The position numbers and the translations under genes were made by a program. Shown one piece after another: positions 27,402-39,508 of a stretch of DNA of 64,000 nucleotides. Source of the stretch: the human T2T-CHM13v2.0 reference genome, Homo sapiens; NCBI RefSeq assembly GCF_009914755.1, contig NC_060937.1; one strand, written 5' to 3'. Below the pieces are notes generated by a model. It had not been told where the DNA came from and searched no databases. It saw only the letters and a program-made list of their open reading frames with translations. Position 1 is the stretch's first letter, and each line of letters opens with the position of its first letter.

Positions 27402-27595
27402 CATAATGGAAGACACCCGGGTCTCCAGGTGAGCCGTCTGGGTTGGAGTTCTGGTTCTTTTACTTCATAATTATGTGAAAATGGGCAAGTCATGTAAACT
27501 GAGTCTTCGTTTCATTATCTGTAAAATGAAGCTAATACCCATCTCAGAAAGCTTGCTGTAAATTACATGAGATGTTGCCTATCAAAGCACCTGTA
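27402..27595 (+). mobile_element. MIR
   Basis: ctgggttggagttctggttc...tgggcaagtca...gtttcattatctgtaaaatgaag. Confidence 0.75.
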
Positions 27596-28184
27596 AATCT
27601 CATGGATGACACATATGTGGCATATCATTATTTCTGCATGGTTTTCCGCATTCCTTTCAGCACTGTTCTGTCCTAGGTGAATCTGATAAAGGTGGCCATG
27701 GAGAGCTCTGTGTGTTGCCTCTCGGCCTTTTGATTTGTAATAATGAACCCTCATTATGTTTTTATATAAACTTGTTCTACTTGAATACTTTATCGGTGCC
27801 TTTGTTTCTGCTTGTTTTATTTTTCATGACACTTTGGTTTGATTCAGAGTGGGAGATATTTCTTTGTTTATCTAATTCTTTAATTAAGTCACCCTACAGT
27901 GTGGTTAAAGCCAGTCCCTCTGGGCACTAATAAGAGAAACTAATCACAACTGCAAAGCTCAAGGTAGAAGCTACTTTGGTATAGAATTGATTCTATTGCT
28001 GATGTGAATGCGACCTAACGGAATCAGCTGGAATTGAAAGCCTGCACCACGATCTGGCCAAACATCTTGATGCATTTCTTAGGCTGCTGAAAATAATTAG
28101 ATTTTATCCCTCTTTTAACCCGTGCTCTGCCTCAGTCTCCTTACCCTCACTCCTTGAAGTCTATACTTTTCATTAAAGTGGGTA

Positions 28185-28400
28185 CTTCATATTACTGAGG
28201 ACTTTAGTCTTTTCAAAGTGTTTTTCCAACCATCTTCGTTTACCTCTGTCAGATCTGGGTGAGATAATTGTCAACATCAATGTGTTTAGATAAAGAAAAT
28301 GAAAAGGGCACCTGACATGACTAAGACTGATCAGCTCAAAAATAGTAGAGGCAGCATTAGAGTTCAGCTCTCCCAGAAACCAGCTAGAAGGCTCTTGCCA
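28185..28400 (-). mobile_element. MIR, degenerate
   Basis: ttactgaggacttta...ttagataaagaaaatga...tgacatgactaag...agtagaggcagcattagagttcag. Confidence 0.5.
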
Positions 28401-28486
28401 CCACAGGGGAGGTGCAAACAGAAATAAATTTTTAAAAATGAGGAGCTCTAGTTCTGCTCTTGTTTTCTGAGCCTTGGGCCTATTGC

Positions 28487-28578
28487 CTGTATTCTTTCAT
28501 TACCACAGGATGCATCCTCCTTTCCCTACACTGTATTCTTTCATTACTGACCATGTAAGGCATCCTCCTACCCCTACA
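28487..28578. repeat. Imperfect 44/48-bp tandem duplication
   Basis: ctgtattctttcattac...gcatcctcct..ccctaca occurs twice back to back. Confidence 0.85.
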
Positions 28579-28959
28579 TAAGTACCTGCTCTGGGTCATC
28601 TGCTACTTGTGCCTCCCTGAAAACAATCTATATTTTTAAATGAATCTCTACATATTGGGCAGTTAGTCATGTACTTAGGGTGTTTACATCTGTCAAAAAG
28701 ATGCTGTTTCTACATTTATTCAGGCAGCCATTTTGTCCATCAGTATCTGCCAGATGAGTGCTGTATGCCATAGGCAGGTATTGAAGGAAACTAAAAGCAA
28801 AACAGCAACAACAAATGAAGTTGATAAAGACACTGCTTGCTTTCAAGGGGCATGAAATCAGGACGTGGCATGGAACTTTCCCTGGTTTAGAACCTCATTG
28901 CCTTTTGCCTGCATTCTTGTAATAAGTGTTTGCTACTCCTACCTGTGCTAGGTATGGAT

Positions 28960-29350
28960 AATTTCAGGTGAGGCATTCAAAGGCATTCACAATTTGACCT
29001 CTGCCCTTCCTTTCAAAGCTTATTATGGGTCATGTGGGTTCCTTGCTGGACACACTGGGCTCCCTGACATTTCTTGAACACCTCCATTTCTCAAACTCTT
29101 TCCTTTGCTTGGAAAGCCATTTCCCTCACATTTACTTGTGAAAGCTCATCCCTTTCTTCAAGCCTCAGGGTAAATACTGTATTCTCCAAAGTATTTCCAT
29201 ATTGAATTTTTTCTTCATTATGCTTCAGTAGCTCAGCACTTCCAGAGCTCAGACCCTCTGTACTAGCACATAGCAAATCTATCTGTAATCAGTTATTTAT
29301 CCGCATATTTGCCTCCACTCACTAGACTGAAAGCTTCCTGGAAGGGGCTA
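28960..29350 (+). mobile_element. L2 fragment
   Basis: ggcattcaaaggcattcacaatttgacc...ctcatccctttcttcaagcctcag...ctagactgaaagcttcctggaagggg. Confidence 0.65.
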
Positions 29351-29399
29351 GAAAATGGGAATGCAGTTTGCAAAAAGTAGATGTGTCAAAGGTGTGATT

Positions 29400-29795
29400 T
29401 TAGATGTTCACTGATTCTCATTGTAATGTTTTCTTCTGGGGCCCGAGGGGAAGATTACCTTTTCAACCTCCCCTGTGGTAAGGTTGGGGCCATGTGATTG
29501 GGTTCTGGGTAGTGAAATGTGGATGAAGGATTGTAAACTAGCTCCAGGCTGGGTAATAGACCACCTACTCACTTCTCTTTCCGTTCAGACCCTGGAGGCC
29601 ACACGTTTGAGACGGTGGCATGAAAAGACGGAAGGAACCTGGATTTACTTGTTAGCACCAAAAGAAAAGCTGCCTAGGACAGCTGCCAGATGCCCATTAG
29701 ACAGAGATGTAGGGGAGAAATACCTCCTCCTTTTGTTGAATGAGATTTTAAAGGTTTATTTATTATGTAGCCTTGACCAGACTCTCCTGACAAAT
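29400..29795 (+). mobile_element. MaLR LTR (MLT1J-like)
   Basis: aggttggggccatgtgattgggttctgg...gaaatgtgg...ctggaggccacacg...tgagattttaaaggtttatttattatgtagc...tcctgacaaata. Confidence 0.7.
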
Positions 29796-29799
29796 AGTC

Positions 29800-29916
29800 T
29801 CTGTGCTCCCTGGGGGCAGGGACAATGTTGATCTGTTCCAATGCTGTGTCCTTAGCATTTCATCCTATGGCCTGTGCATAGTATGACCTCAATAAAGACA
29901 TGCTAAACACATGAAT
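29800..29916 (+). mobile_element. L2 3' terminus
   Basis: gctccctgggggcagggac...gctgtgtccttagc...gcatagtatgacctcaataaa. Confidence 0.6.
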
Positions 29917-30337
29917 AGTTGCCAACTCTCATGATCTCTTCGTATTTCACCTGTGAAAGCCAATCTCACGTTTTCACATTCTGAAAAATGTTTTTATAAA
30001 TAACAGTTCATGGGAAAGCTTCTATTTTGTGAACTAGTTAATAAGGCATATTTTTAGTGAGCACAGGGCAAATAGCTTTCTTTATGGAAAGGTCTACTGC
30101 GGAGGGTTCTGGTTAATGGGTTCCCAGCTTTGCTCTACAAATAGAATCAAGAGATTCTGGGTTGTGGGAGCTACAGTTAAAGTTAGAATCATATATGGAA
30201 GCAAAGCTGAAGGAAAATTAAGGGATAACTTTCTTTTCAATAAGCACTTACTGACTATAATAGAGATAATAAATTGTTAATAAGAAAAGGAATGTAGCCA
30301 AGGGAAAAGGCTAGAAATCATAGCAGGAGAAGGAAGT

Positions 30338-30535
30338 TGACATTTGTTGAGCACTTTTTAGGGCCAGACATTATTTCAGGCCCTTCATGACTCCTGATTT
30401 CATTTAATTCCCACAAAAGCACATTGAGGAAGATGGGGAAATTGGAGTGTTAGGTAACACAAGTGAGTTCACACAGCTAGTAAACTGTAGAATGGGATTT
30501 GAACTTGGTTCTGTCTGGCTTAAATCCCCTCTACA
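30338..30535 (-). mobile_element. MIR
   Basis: acatttgttgagcact...ttcatttaattc...tcacacagctagtaa...gggatttgaacttgg. Confidence 0.75.
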
Positions 30536-31189
30536 TTCATTCAAACATACTATGTTAACTCCTTCAAAAAGTGCTAAATAAAAATTAAACAGCATTCAAG
30601 CTATTTGCCATGATTCTAGGACTTTAACTCATGCTGAAGCGTGCGAGTCTTGGGATGCCCACCACCTAGCATAATAAGACGCTGGGGGTCCCCATCCTGC
30701 TCTTTGTGATGCTTTTGGCTTCTTTAACTTGTTTTTCCCTCCCGCTCCATTCCTGAGCTTTCTTCGTCCTAGATATTTAGATATGGCCTTGCTTTTCAGG
30801 TCTTGCACTGGCTCCTTGGGCTAGATGACAGATTTAGTATCTGCCCTTGGACCTTCTTAGTCACCCTCTGACATAGGTGCATGCCATCTAGTAGCTCCAT
30901 TTCAGAAAGACGCCATGTTTAGTTTGACTCTAGAGCATGGGACACATGCCTAGCTTGGGTCTGCTTTTTTGGCCTCCTCTGGTGCTAATTCTAATTCCCA
31001 TGACAAGATAGAAAACATCCAATTAATCTATTAAGTTATATATTATTATGTGCATCTGAGAGAATGAAAAGACACAACCCCTAACATTAGGAAACTTAGA
31101 GTCTAGAGTAATGTATGAAAACCCATTACACATATAGAATTTTCATGAGTATTATCTGATATACCACTCTCTGGGGGATCCTTTTTAAG

Positions 31190-31310
31190 TGCGAAAATTG
31201 AAACTCAGATTGGTTTTACCGACTTGCCCCCCTTAATGTAGCAATTAAATAGGAGAACAGATATTTGAACCCAGGCCCTCTTATTGCAAAAGTCTTGGCT
31301 TTGTCCAAAA
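31190..31310 (-). mobile_element. MIR fragment
   Basis: gaaaattgaaactcaga...gacttgccc...atttgaacccaggcc. Confidence 0.55.
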
Positions 31311-32344
31311 TAGCACATCATTGCCTTTGTGAGAAAGCAGCTTCCTACAATATCTAAAAGATTAATCCGTTTCTTGTTGTTTGTAACGTCGGAAAGTAGA
31401 CACATCTATTTACAATGATAAGGCTAAAAAGGATTAATTTGGCACAATACAAGTGTTACCTTGATAAAGGCTGTATGATGTATGAGGATGCTGAGAAAAT
31501 CTGATATGTCCACCAGCTACACTGTGCAGATTTAAAATTATGTAGTGTTTCGTTTCTGTGGACTTTGATTTTCAGAGACCTCAGAGGAAGAGGTTGGGAT
31601 TTTGAGGCTGCTTGCGTGATTGTAATTGCTGTTACAGTAATGTTTATGTTCTTGTAGATATTTTTATTTTCACTCAGCAAGATAAAGGGGGAGGTGATTG
31701 ACTTTTATTAAGGTTAATATGGAGGCTGGCTTCCGTCTTTTAACCTCACTCTTTTCCATTTTCCACTTTGCTTTTTTCTTTTCCTCCCTTCCCCATGTCA
31801 GCATCTGCTACCTCTTCTCATACATGAAATTATTTTGTTATTTTTGGCAGGTATGTTTTAAACTGATTCTGGCTGTGTTTTGATGGAGAGGAGGAGTCTT
31901 TAATATCACTACTGATGGATGACGTGGCCACTTGATGGGCCGTATAGGAATGTCTGTGCTGTCACCAGCAACATTTCTAGACCACATTAAAAAAAACACA
32001 AAAACCTGATTTATAAAAAAAATGCCTAGGCCTTGGGTTATTTGCAGCCTAATATTAATTACATAATGATCTGGGGACATGAAGATGTTCTATTTCAGCT
32101 TTATTTTTTTTTCAATTAGAAAATGTCTCTTTTTGTTGACTAAAGGCTTTTAAAAAGTGACAGTGAGAGAAAATATTTAGTTCTCATAGTAACCAACACA
32201 TAAGGACTTCCTCGCTCTACCGAAGCTTGAAGAAACATAGGCTGATGTCTTCAAATATGAAACATTTTCAGTAAGTTCATTAGTTGGGTTCATATCTTCC
32301 CTTGTGTTTCAGTGGGAGAATCCTCTATTGGCTTAAATTTGCCT

Positions 32345-32504
32345 GGGTGGTTCCCAAACTGTTGGATGAATAGAGCATCCTAGGAAGCTTATGAAAAATG
32401 TCTATTTCTAGACAGTGTAATTCAATAGGTCAGGGTGAGTTCCAGGGATTAGCACCCGTGTGATCAACAGCCGATGGTCCTCACACCACATTTTGAGAAA
32501 TCTG
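32345..32504. mobile_element. MER5-family element, degenerate
   Basis: gtggttcccaaact...ggtcctcacaccacattttgagaaatctg. Confidence 0.6.
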
Positions 32505-32513
32505 CTTCCAGGG

Positions 32514-32698
32514 CAGTGGCTCTCAAACATGAGGGAGCATCAGGAGCACCTGGGACTTGTTAAACACAAACTGCAGGTCCCCACCCTCAAAGCTTCTGAT
32601 TCAGCAGGGCTGGGCAGAGTCTGATAACTTACTTTATGTAACAAGTTCCCAGGTGATGTTGATGCTGTTCTTTGGGAACCCCACTTTGAGAACCGTTG
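32514..32698. mobile_element. MER5A
   Basis: cagtggctctcaaac...taacaagttcccaggtgatgttgatgctg...cactttgagaaccgttg. Confidence 0.88.
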
Positions 32699-33005
32699 CT
32701 CTTGGGTATTCCCATTGTGGCCACCAGCTGGTTAAGAGTCAGATTTTGACAAATACCAAATGTTATGCTCCTTGTTCTGAGGTGTATGAGGAGGCATGTC
32801 TCAGTTCGTAGCTTCTTGAAGGAAAATTTATACAAGACACAGACTCCTTTTTAGGTAATAAACTATTATTGTTCACAGTGGAACTTCTGGACCTTCATTA
32901 AAGAAAGTGCTAATTTTCAAGGCCCAGGTTTTAGAGGCTGTGTATAAGGCTCCAATGCAGAGGCCGTTCCCATGTTGACATAGCCTATCTAAAACTGATT
33001 TTAAC

Positions 33006-33592
33006 TTTTTTTTTTTTTTTTTACATTTTACTTTAAGTTCTGGGATACATGTGCAGAACATGCAGGTTTGCTACATATGTATACATGTGCCATGGTGGTT
33101 TGCTGCACCTATCCACTTCTAGATTTTAAGCCCCAAATGCATTAGGTGTTTGTCCTAATGCTCTTCCTCCCCTTTTCCTCTCCTTTCCCCCGACCCCTGA
33201 CAGGTCTCAGTATGTGATGTTGCCATCCCTGTGTCCATGTGTTCTCATTGTTCAACTCCCACTTATGAGTAAGAATATGCAGTGTTTGGTTTTCTGTTAC
33301 TGTGTTAGTTTGCTGAGAATGATGGCTTCAGGCTTCATCCATGTTCCTGCAAAGGACATGAACTCATTCTTTTTTATGGCTGCGTAGTATTCCATGGTGC
33401 ATATGTGCCACGTTTGCTTTATCTAGTCTATCATTGATGGGCATTTGGGTTGATTCCAAGTCTTTGCTATTGTAAATAGTGCTGCAGTAAACATGTGTGC
33501 ATGTGTCTTTACAGCAGAATGATTTACAGTCCTTTGGGTACATACCCAGTAATGGGATTGCTATGTCAAATGGTATTTCTGGTTCTAGATCC
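33006..33592 (-). mobile_element. L1PA7/8-like LINE-1 3' end, 5'-truncated
   Basis: Poly-T, actttaagttctgggatacatgtgcagaac...ggtatttctggttctagatcc; ORF 33364-33594 is the ORF2 C-terminus (DLEPEIPFD.AIPLLG). Confidence 0.95.
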
Positions 33593-35821
33593 ATAATGTC
33601 ACATTACCTTTAACAGGAGGTGCAGTTTGTGGTCTCATGAGACCTAAGTAATGTTTTGAGGTACTAATTATATGTGAAGAGCAATTATTACTTATAGTTG
33701 GGTTCAAAGAGAACTATTTATATTGGCAGAGTCTGTAATGAATATTAATCAATTATTGGATATTAGTTATAATAATAAATACTTTTTATTAATCTGTTTC
33801 CTTTTGTAAAGGAACTCTGCTGATATTTTCATGACTACACAAATCAGCTAGTCTGATATTAACCACAATTACTTGGTTTAAGTTTACTCTTAAGAATGAC
33901 TAAGAGTTATTTTTCCTAGTCACCAGCCTTAGAGAATTGTGACTTATTTGAAATGCTAATACTTGTGAAGTTCTGATGCTGCTTAATGCTACATTGTGAC
34001 ATGCATTTTCTCTCCCATGAATACAGGTGAGCAACTTTTAAACAGCAAAGTAATTCCTTAAGAGATTTCCTAATGTTGACTAATAGAAAACATCTCACTT
34101 TTTCCACTTTCACTTTTCCCCAGCAAGTTCATTATGGAGTAGATAGTTTAGAAGGCTGATGCAGAAAGGAGTCTGAACATATTTGTAATGTCAGAAAAAG
34201 TGGAGGAAGAGATGACCAAACATTACAAAAGAGCTTTGTAAGTTAAGAACTGAAACACCAAACTGGAAAACACAGGTTCTTTATTATAAAATTGGTTGTT
34301 ACCTATCCATAACATTGATGAGGCTGACATGTTTAGAATGAGCTTTTTTATCCTTAAGTATTTTTTTCCTGTTCTGCTTTGCATTACTAGAAGAGAAGAA
34401 GAAAAAAGCAGAGACATATAGTTATGTTAATTTCTGAAACCTCTTTTCAATGAAATTTTAACCTCTGTTATGTGCCAAGTGCAATAAATATCTTGCTTTT
34501 GTGTTGGCGATACATATGAAAATCCTGGCCTCCTTTTTAATTAGCCCTACAACACAATTACAGCCTTTGGGTTATCAAACTCTTACACCAGATAAAAGAG
34601 GAAAAACACCACCACGATGTGGTGGTCCAATTGATGGTAATTGGACCTGGTCTGGATCGGAAAGGGCAATTATCATTTCTCACTGCTTCTCTTCCTCTTA
34701 TGTGAAGTTCATTTGGACGACCTTTTGCCATTTTTGCCCAATGACATAGAGTGGCCTGTTCTTGGGCTGAAAGCACTCTAGTTACTCTTGCTGTCAGAGA
34801 AGTATTTCAGCAGATCATGGCTTGCAGCTACAATAAGAAACCAGTGAAAGTGCAGGCAAAATTTGTTTCCTTTCAAGCGAAGAGGTAGTTTTGTTTTTTT
34901 CCCCATTGTGTCCTAAGCCTGGGTTTAAGGATATGATATTGGTTTCCACAAAAAGTCGAAAAATTTACATACTGATGGTATCTGCACTTCAGGAATTTCC
35001 TTTAAAATAAATATTAAATAAGTCATGATGCTTAAAAACTAGATATGAGAAGTAGTGCACATGATTGCTAGTAAGAGGAGATCCCCAAGTTCCTGTACTG
35101 TGATCAGGTGCCTCAAAACACACCATTGGAATTGGAGTTGGAGGCTTAGAGTAGAAACAAGTTAATTTTAGCCTTTAAAGTTGGCCCCCTTCGTTGTAGG
35201 GGGCAAGAAACAGCCTGGTTTTGTCCAAAACAAATGGTGATGGTTTCTATTGCATAAAATATGATTGTGTACGTATAAAGCTCAACACCCTACTTACCTG
35301 GGTTATTCTGGCAAAAGTTCTATTTTAGTCCAAATTACCTGCTTTGGGAAGAAGGTTGCTTTTCTCAGGGGGTAATTACCAGTGCAATCGCAGCACCATC
35401 TGCTCGCCTTATGTTCTGTAGATGACTCGAAGGAGATAGTTTCAGGAGAGACCTGAAAAGGGAACATTTCAGGAGGGAGGAAATGAAGATAACCTAAAAG
35501 AAAGTAATAATTAGGAACTTAAAGAGGAAGAACATATGGTTTTGAACATATAACTTAGCAGTGTCCTAGACCTCTGGCCCAGCTGAGGTTTTCCCAGGAG
35601 TAAGAACTGAGAGAGAGTCGGGGCTAGAACAGAGAGTGGCCAATTAACCTAAAGGGAATCTCCAGAGGGACCTAGCAGAGAGAAATAGCAGATGGTATTC
35701 ATTTGTGATTTTGTGGTGAAGAAGTAGCCGCAGGCTAGGTGCAAACGGCAGAATCTTGCTTTCCATATTCTAAGACAAAACTTTAAAAGGAAAGCCTGCG
35801 TACCCAGGAGAATTTTCATGC

Positions 35822-36140
35822 AGTCATCATTCATTTAAAAAATATACTTAACACCTCCTAAGCAGGATGTATTTCACTAGGCTGTTAGAGGAGATATGCT
35901 GATGTGTAAGTTATGGTTCCTTCCCTTGGGGATTGTACAATTCAATAGGAAAGCAGGGGAAATAAGATGTGTGCATGTCCAGGTAACTACCATTCATGGC
36001 ACATAAGTGCCACATTAGGGAGACAAAGTGCTATGGGGTTTCACAGAGGTGAGAGTTAATTCCTGTTAGGGCATGAGGAGGAGGCTTCATGGAGAATGTG
36101 GAATTTGAGCGGGACCTCTGTGGATAGATAGAATTTTGCT
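35822..36140 (-). mobile_element. L2 (L2b/c-like) 3' region
   Basis: tcattcattt...caaagtgctatgggg...ggaggcttcatggagaatgtggaatttgagc. Confidence 0.7.
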
Positions 36141-38039
36141 GAGCTCTGAGAGCCTGCCTTGTATGGAGGTGGGATTCAACAGAGATTCAGGGACTTTAAG
36201 TAGAGTGGTTTGGGATTTTAATATTTATCTGGAGAGACAAAATTATATAAATATTTTTCACACTTTAAATACATCTGAAATTTGATTCTGCATTCTTGGG
36301 CGATTAAGCTGCATTTGAAAAAATGTGTACAATCAACCTTCAGTAGTTCTAGCTTTAGCATATGTTAATCTTGCTCCTGCAGCTGTGACCTCAGAAATAG
36401 AATTTTAGCAAGAATAATTTTTTTATATATTTAAATTTTTTTTAGCTTTGGCAAACAAAGGCAGGAATGGCTTGAATTGCAAAAGCCACTAATGTTGTCA
36501 GATTCTCTTTTGCTTAGAGCCAGGTTGGAGTCTTGTCTGGAGGAACTGGAGTTTCTCTTATCACCCTGGACCCTCTATTCCATATGACCTGTCCCATATG
36601 TCATTCTCTCAGTGTCAGTTTTTGAATTATATAATAGGAACACTTGCATCTATCCTATTGTTAGTATCATGAAATAAATATCTTTCTGTAATATTTGAAA
36701 CTAGTAAAAAGTGACATTGGGATACATGTTCTTTTACTCCACAAAGACAAGTTATTTAGTGACTTTTTAAGGGAGGAAAAACATTGAAATCCCTAGGTAT
36801 AGTAGACCACATTTATCCATAGTATCCACCTTTTGGTGTCTTTCCCCCACCTTTTAATTTTGGTGAGTGCGCGCAAGTACATCTCCCCTCCGTCCCTCCC
36901 CATCCGTATCCAGGTCTTCTTGCCACGCAGTTCCTCCCTTGACAGTCTCCTAGTCTGTCAGCAGCAGGAACTGAGAGGATCAATTCAAGTGTGAATTATC
37001 TTTAATTAAAACCTGTCACTTAGAAGTAAGTGAAAGAGAATTTAACCTTTGTTTATTCCACCTCAGCTCCTCCAAGCGTCCCAGGGCTCCACTTTGAAGG
37101 GCCAGCCTGCTGCCTGTGGCTTGAGTGGATCACCCAAGGTTTCTGCTACTTGTGGAAGACAACCACTATTTTTCAGTATCCGTGAGCTGCCCAGGGGCAC
37201 GCTCCCGGATCCATGTTACAAAATAGCCTTTCCTCCCGTTCGTTCTCCTCATTACACAAACATATGTCCATAGTGTGTATGAGAGACCATGAGTTCGAGC
37301 TTCCCTGCTCTCCTGTTCTCAGAGGCCTCCGTCGTCTTACAGACACCCAGCTGTCCTGCTGGATGGGCTTACACACTTTACTGTCACACTTAGTGGGGTG
37401 GCAACTGAGGACCATTGTCATGAAATCTCTCAACTTTTCTGTATTCTCAACTCCAATCTTGCAATATTGCATTTCCAACTAACTATAAGCATCTTCATTT
37501 GGCCATCCCTTTAGCACCTTAGATTCTGTCTGGGCCCAGCTTTCTAGGGCTAAGAGTTGGGGCAGGTCTTTGCCTGCTGTGCCAGTTGGTGATTCTGCCA
37601 GGAGAGTCTTGGTGAGAGGTTGGTGTGGCTGAACTGAGAAGTCCATCACCTAGGAGCATCTGAAGTTAGTTGACAGCCATGATGGAGGGCATGAGCCATG
37701 GGTAAACAGGAGCAGTGGTAAGCTGATCATCAGTTGGAAAGGCTGGCTGTTGGGAAGTAAAAAAGAATAAGGAGTAGACGAAACAGATTAGATAGAGACT
37801 ACGTTGAGGTCCTAATAGGGCAAATATTGCTTTAGAATTGGTTTGAGTAGTATTTACTCAACATAAGTCTCTGTAGATAACTTGGCACACTTTGCTGGGT
37901 TGGGGTTGTACCTAAAATTCGCAGACATACTAGACAAATTTGCAGGTGTGGAAATAAACTTATCTTCTATTTCCTTCTCTTGTGTTGCCTCTGAAGGTCA
38001 TCATGATTCTCCCAGTTACTCAAGGCTTTTTATGATTCC

Positions 38040-38780
38040 CTCTCCTTTGCTTCTCCCTCATATCCATTTGCTAAGTCCTATATTTCTGTCTCTGAGGTAG
38101 CTCTCATACCCTGGCCTTTTTCCTTTGTCTCTCTGTGGTCTATTGAAGTAGTCTAATAGTCTTGTCTCTAACTGTGCTCCCCTCTACTACTTACACACAG
38201 CGGGCAATCTTCTTGATGCAACCGTTAATTATTTACTCACATGCTCCATATCCTTCAGTTATTTTTTTTTCATTCCCCTTAAAGAGCAGTTTCTCAGATG
38301 GCATGCTAGGCTCTCTCTGATCTAGTTTCAACATGCTCTAAGTAGTGTGTTTCCCATCACTTTTCTTTGTGAACCATTGCTGCAGGAAAGTTAAGGGAAA
38401 TACTGGTCTCTACTCCCATACCTCTCACTTTCTTACATTTGTTGGTCCTCTTCCCTCTGCCATGATATTCTCCTTCCAACTACCTCTATCATTTACACAT
38501 AATCAAATCCTACCTATTCTTCTCTAGTTCAAATGCCACATCCTTTTCGAAGCCATCCCTCATCTTAACAGCTAGGATAAAGTTAATCCTACCTCCTCTG
38601 AACACCAAGTCATTTTCTTTATACTTCTCTTAGCTTATTGTTTTGTTGTATACATGTTTTATGTATAACCAAAATATCATTAAAGTTAAGACTATATTTT
38701 GTTTGGTTTTGTATCTACCTAGCTCCTAATACAGTGCTTTGACAAGATAAAATGCATAATAAATATAATAAATATTATTT
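38040..38780 (+). mobile_element. L2 fragment
   Basis: Degenerate L2 motifs: ccatttgctaagtcct..., ccctctgccatgatattctcc, gttcaaatgccacatcctt..gaagcc, acctagctcctaatacagtgc. Confidence 0.6.
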
Positions 38781-39446
38781 AAATTTAATAAGTGGGTGAA
38801 ATAAAGAATGGATATCCATTCCTGCAAATATATGTGCTGGAATGTTTACTATTTATACTGCGTATGGACAGAAGTTTTCTGTGAATGTGATGGGCTCAGC
38901 ACCTCACAGGACTATGAAAGAGATAAAACTGCAGGAGATTTCAGGTAGATTGAAGGAACTGAAAGGCAAGCTGAACCATACTTTTAAATAGTTTGATTTC
39001 AGAGGAAGTTATTTTCTAAAATGTCTTCTGGAAAGGTAAATGATAGTGTGATGAGTCATACAGAAGATTAATGCAAACTATAAGATTTATTATTTTGGAA
39101 ACATTATTTCAGGGGATTGGGCCAGTAGGCATACATTCTGACTGTAATTCCATAAGGCTGAATGTTTGGTTGATACTCTTTTCTTTTGCTTTTGCTTGCC
39201 CACTTAACCAATTCACCAAAAAAGTGGCTTCCCTGATTAGAAATGAAGACACCAAGATTTGCTCAGAAAGAAAAAAAAAAGTAGATTTTGTAACTTTCTC
39301 AGTGTTCCTGCATCCCCCTCAAAGCCTCAAATTCTCCTCCTCCTCTTATTGCTATTGTCAGAATGGAGGCTGTCTAATGATTCTGAAGATGAACCAACAG
39401 CATGATGTGAGCCCTGTCATCTTTTCTGGGATTTGGAATTGGAAGT

Positions 39447-39508
39447 GGGGATTGGGGGGTCTGGGATTGAGATTGGGGGATCTGGGATTGAGATTGGGGG
39501 ATTTGGGA
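39447..39508. repeat. G-rich 21-bp tandem repeat
   Basis: gattgggggatctgggattga ~3 copies. Confidence 0.9.
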
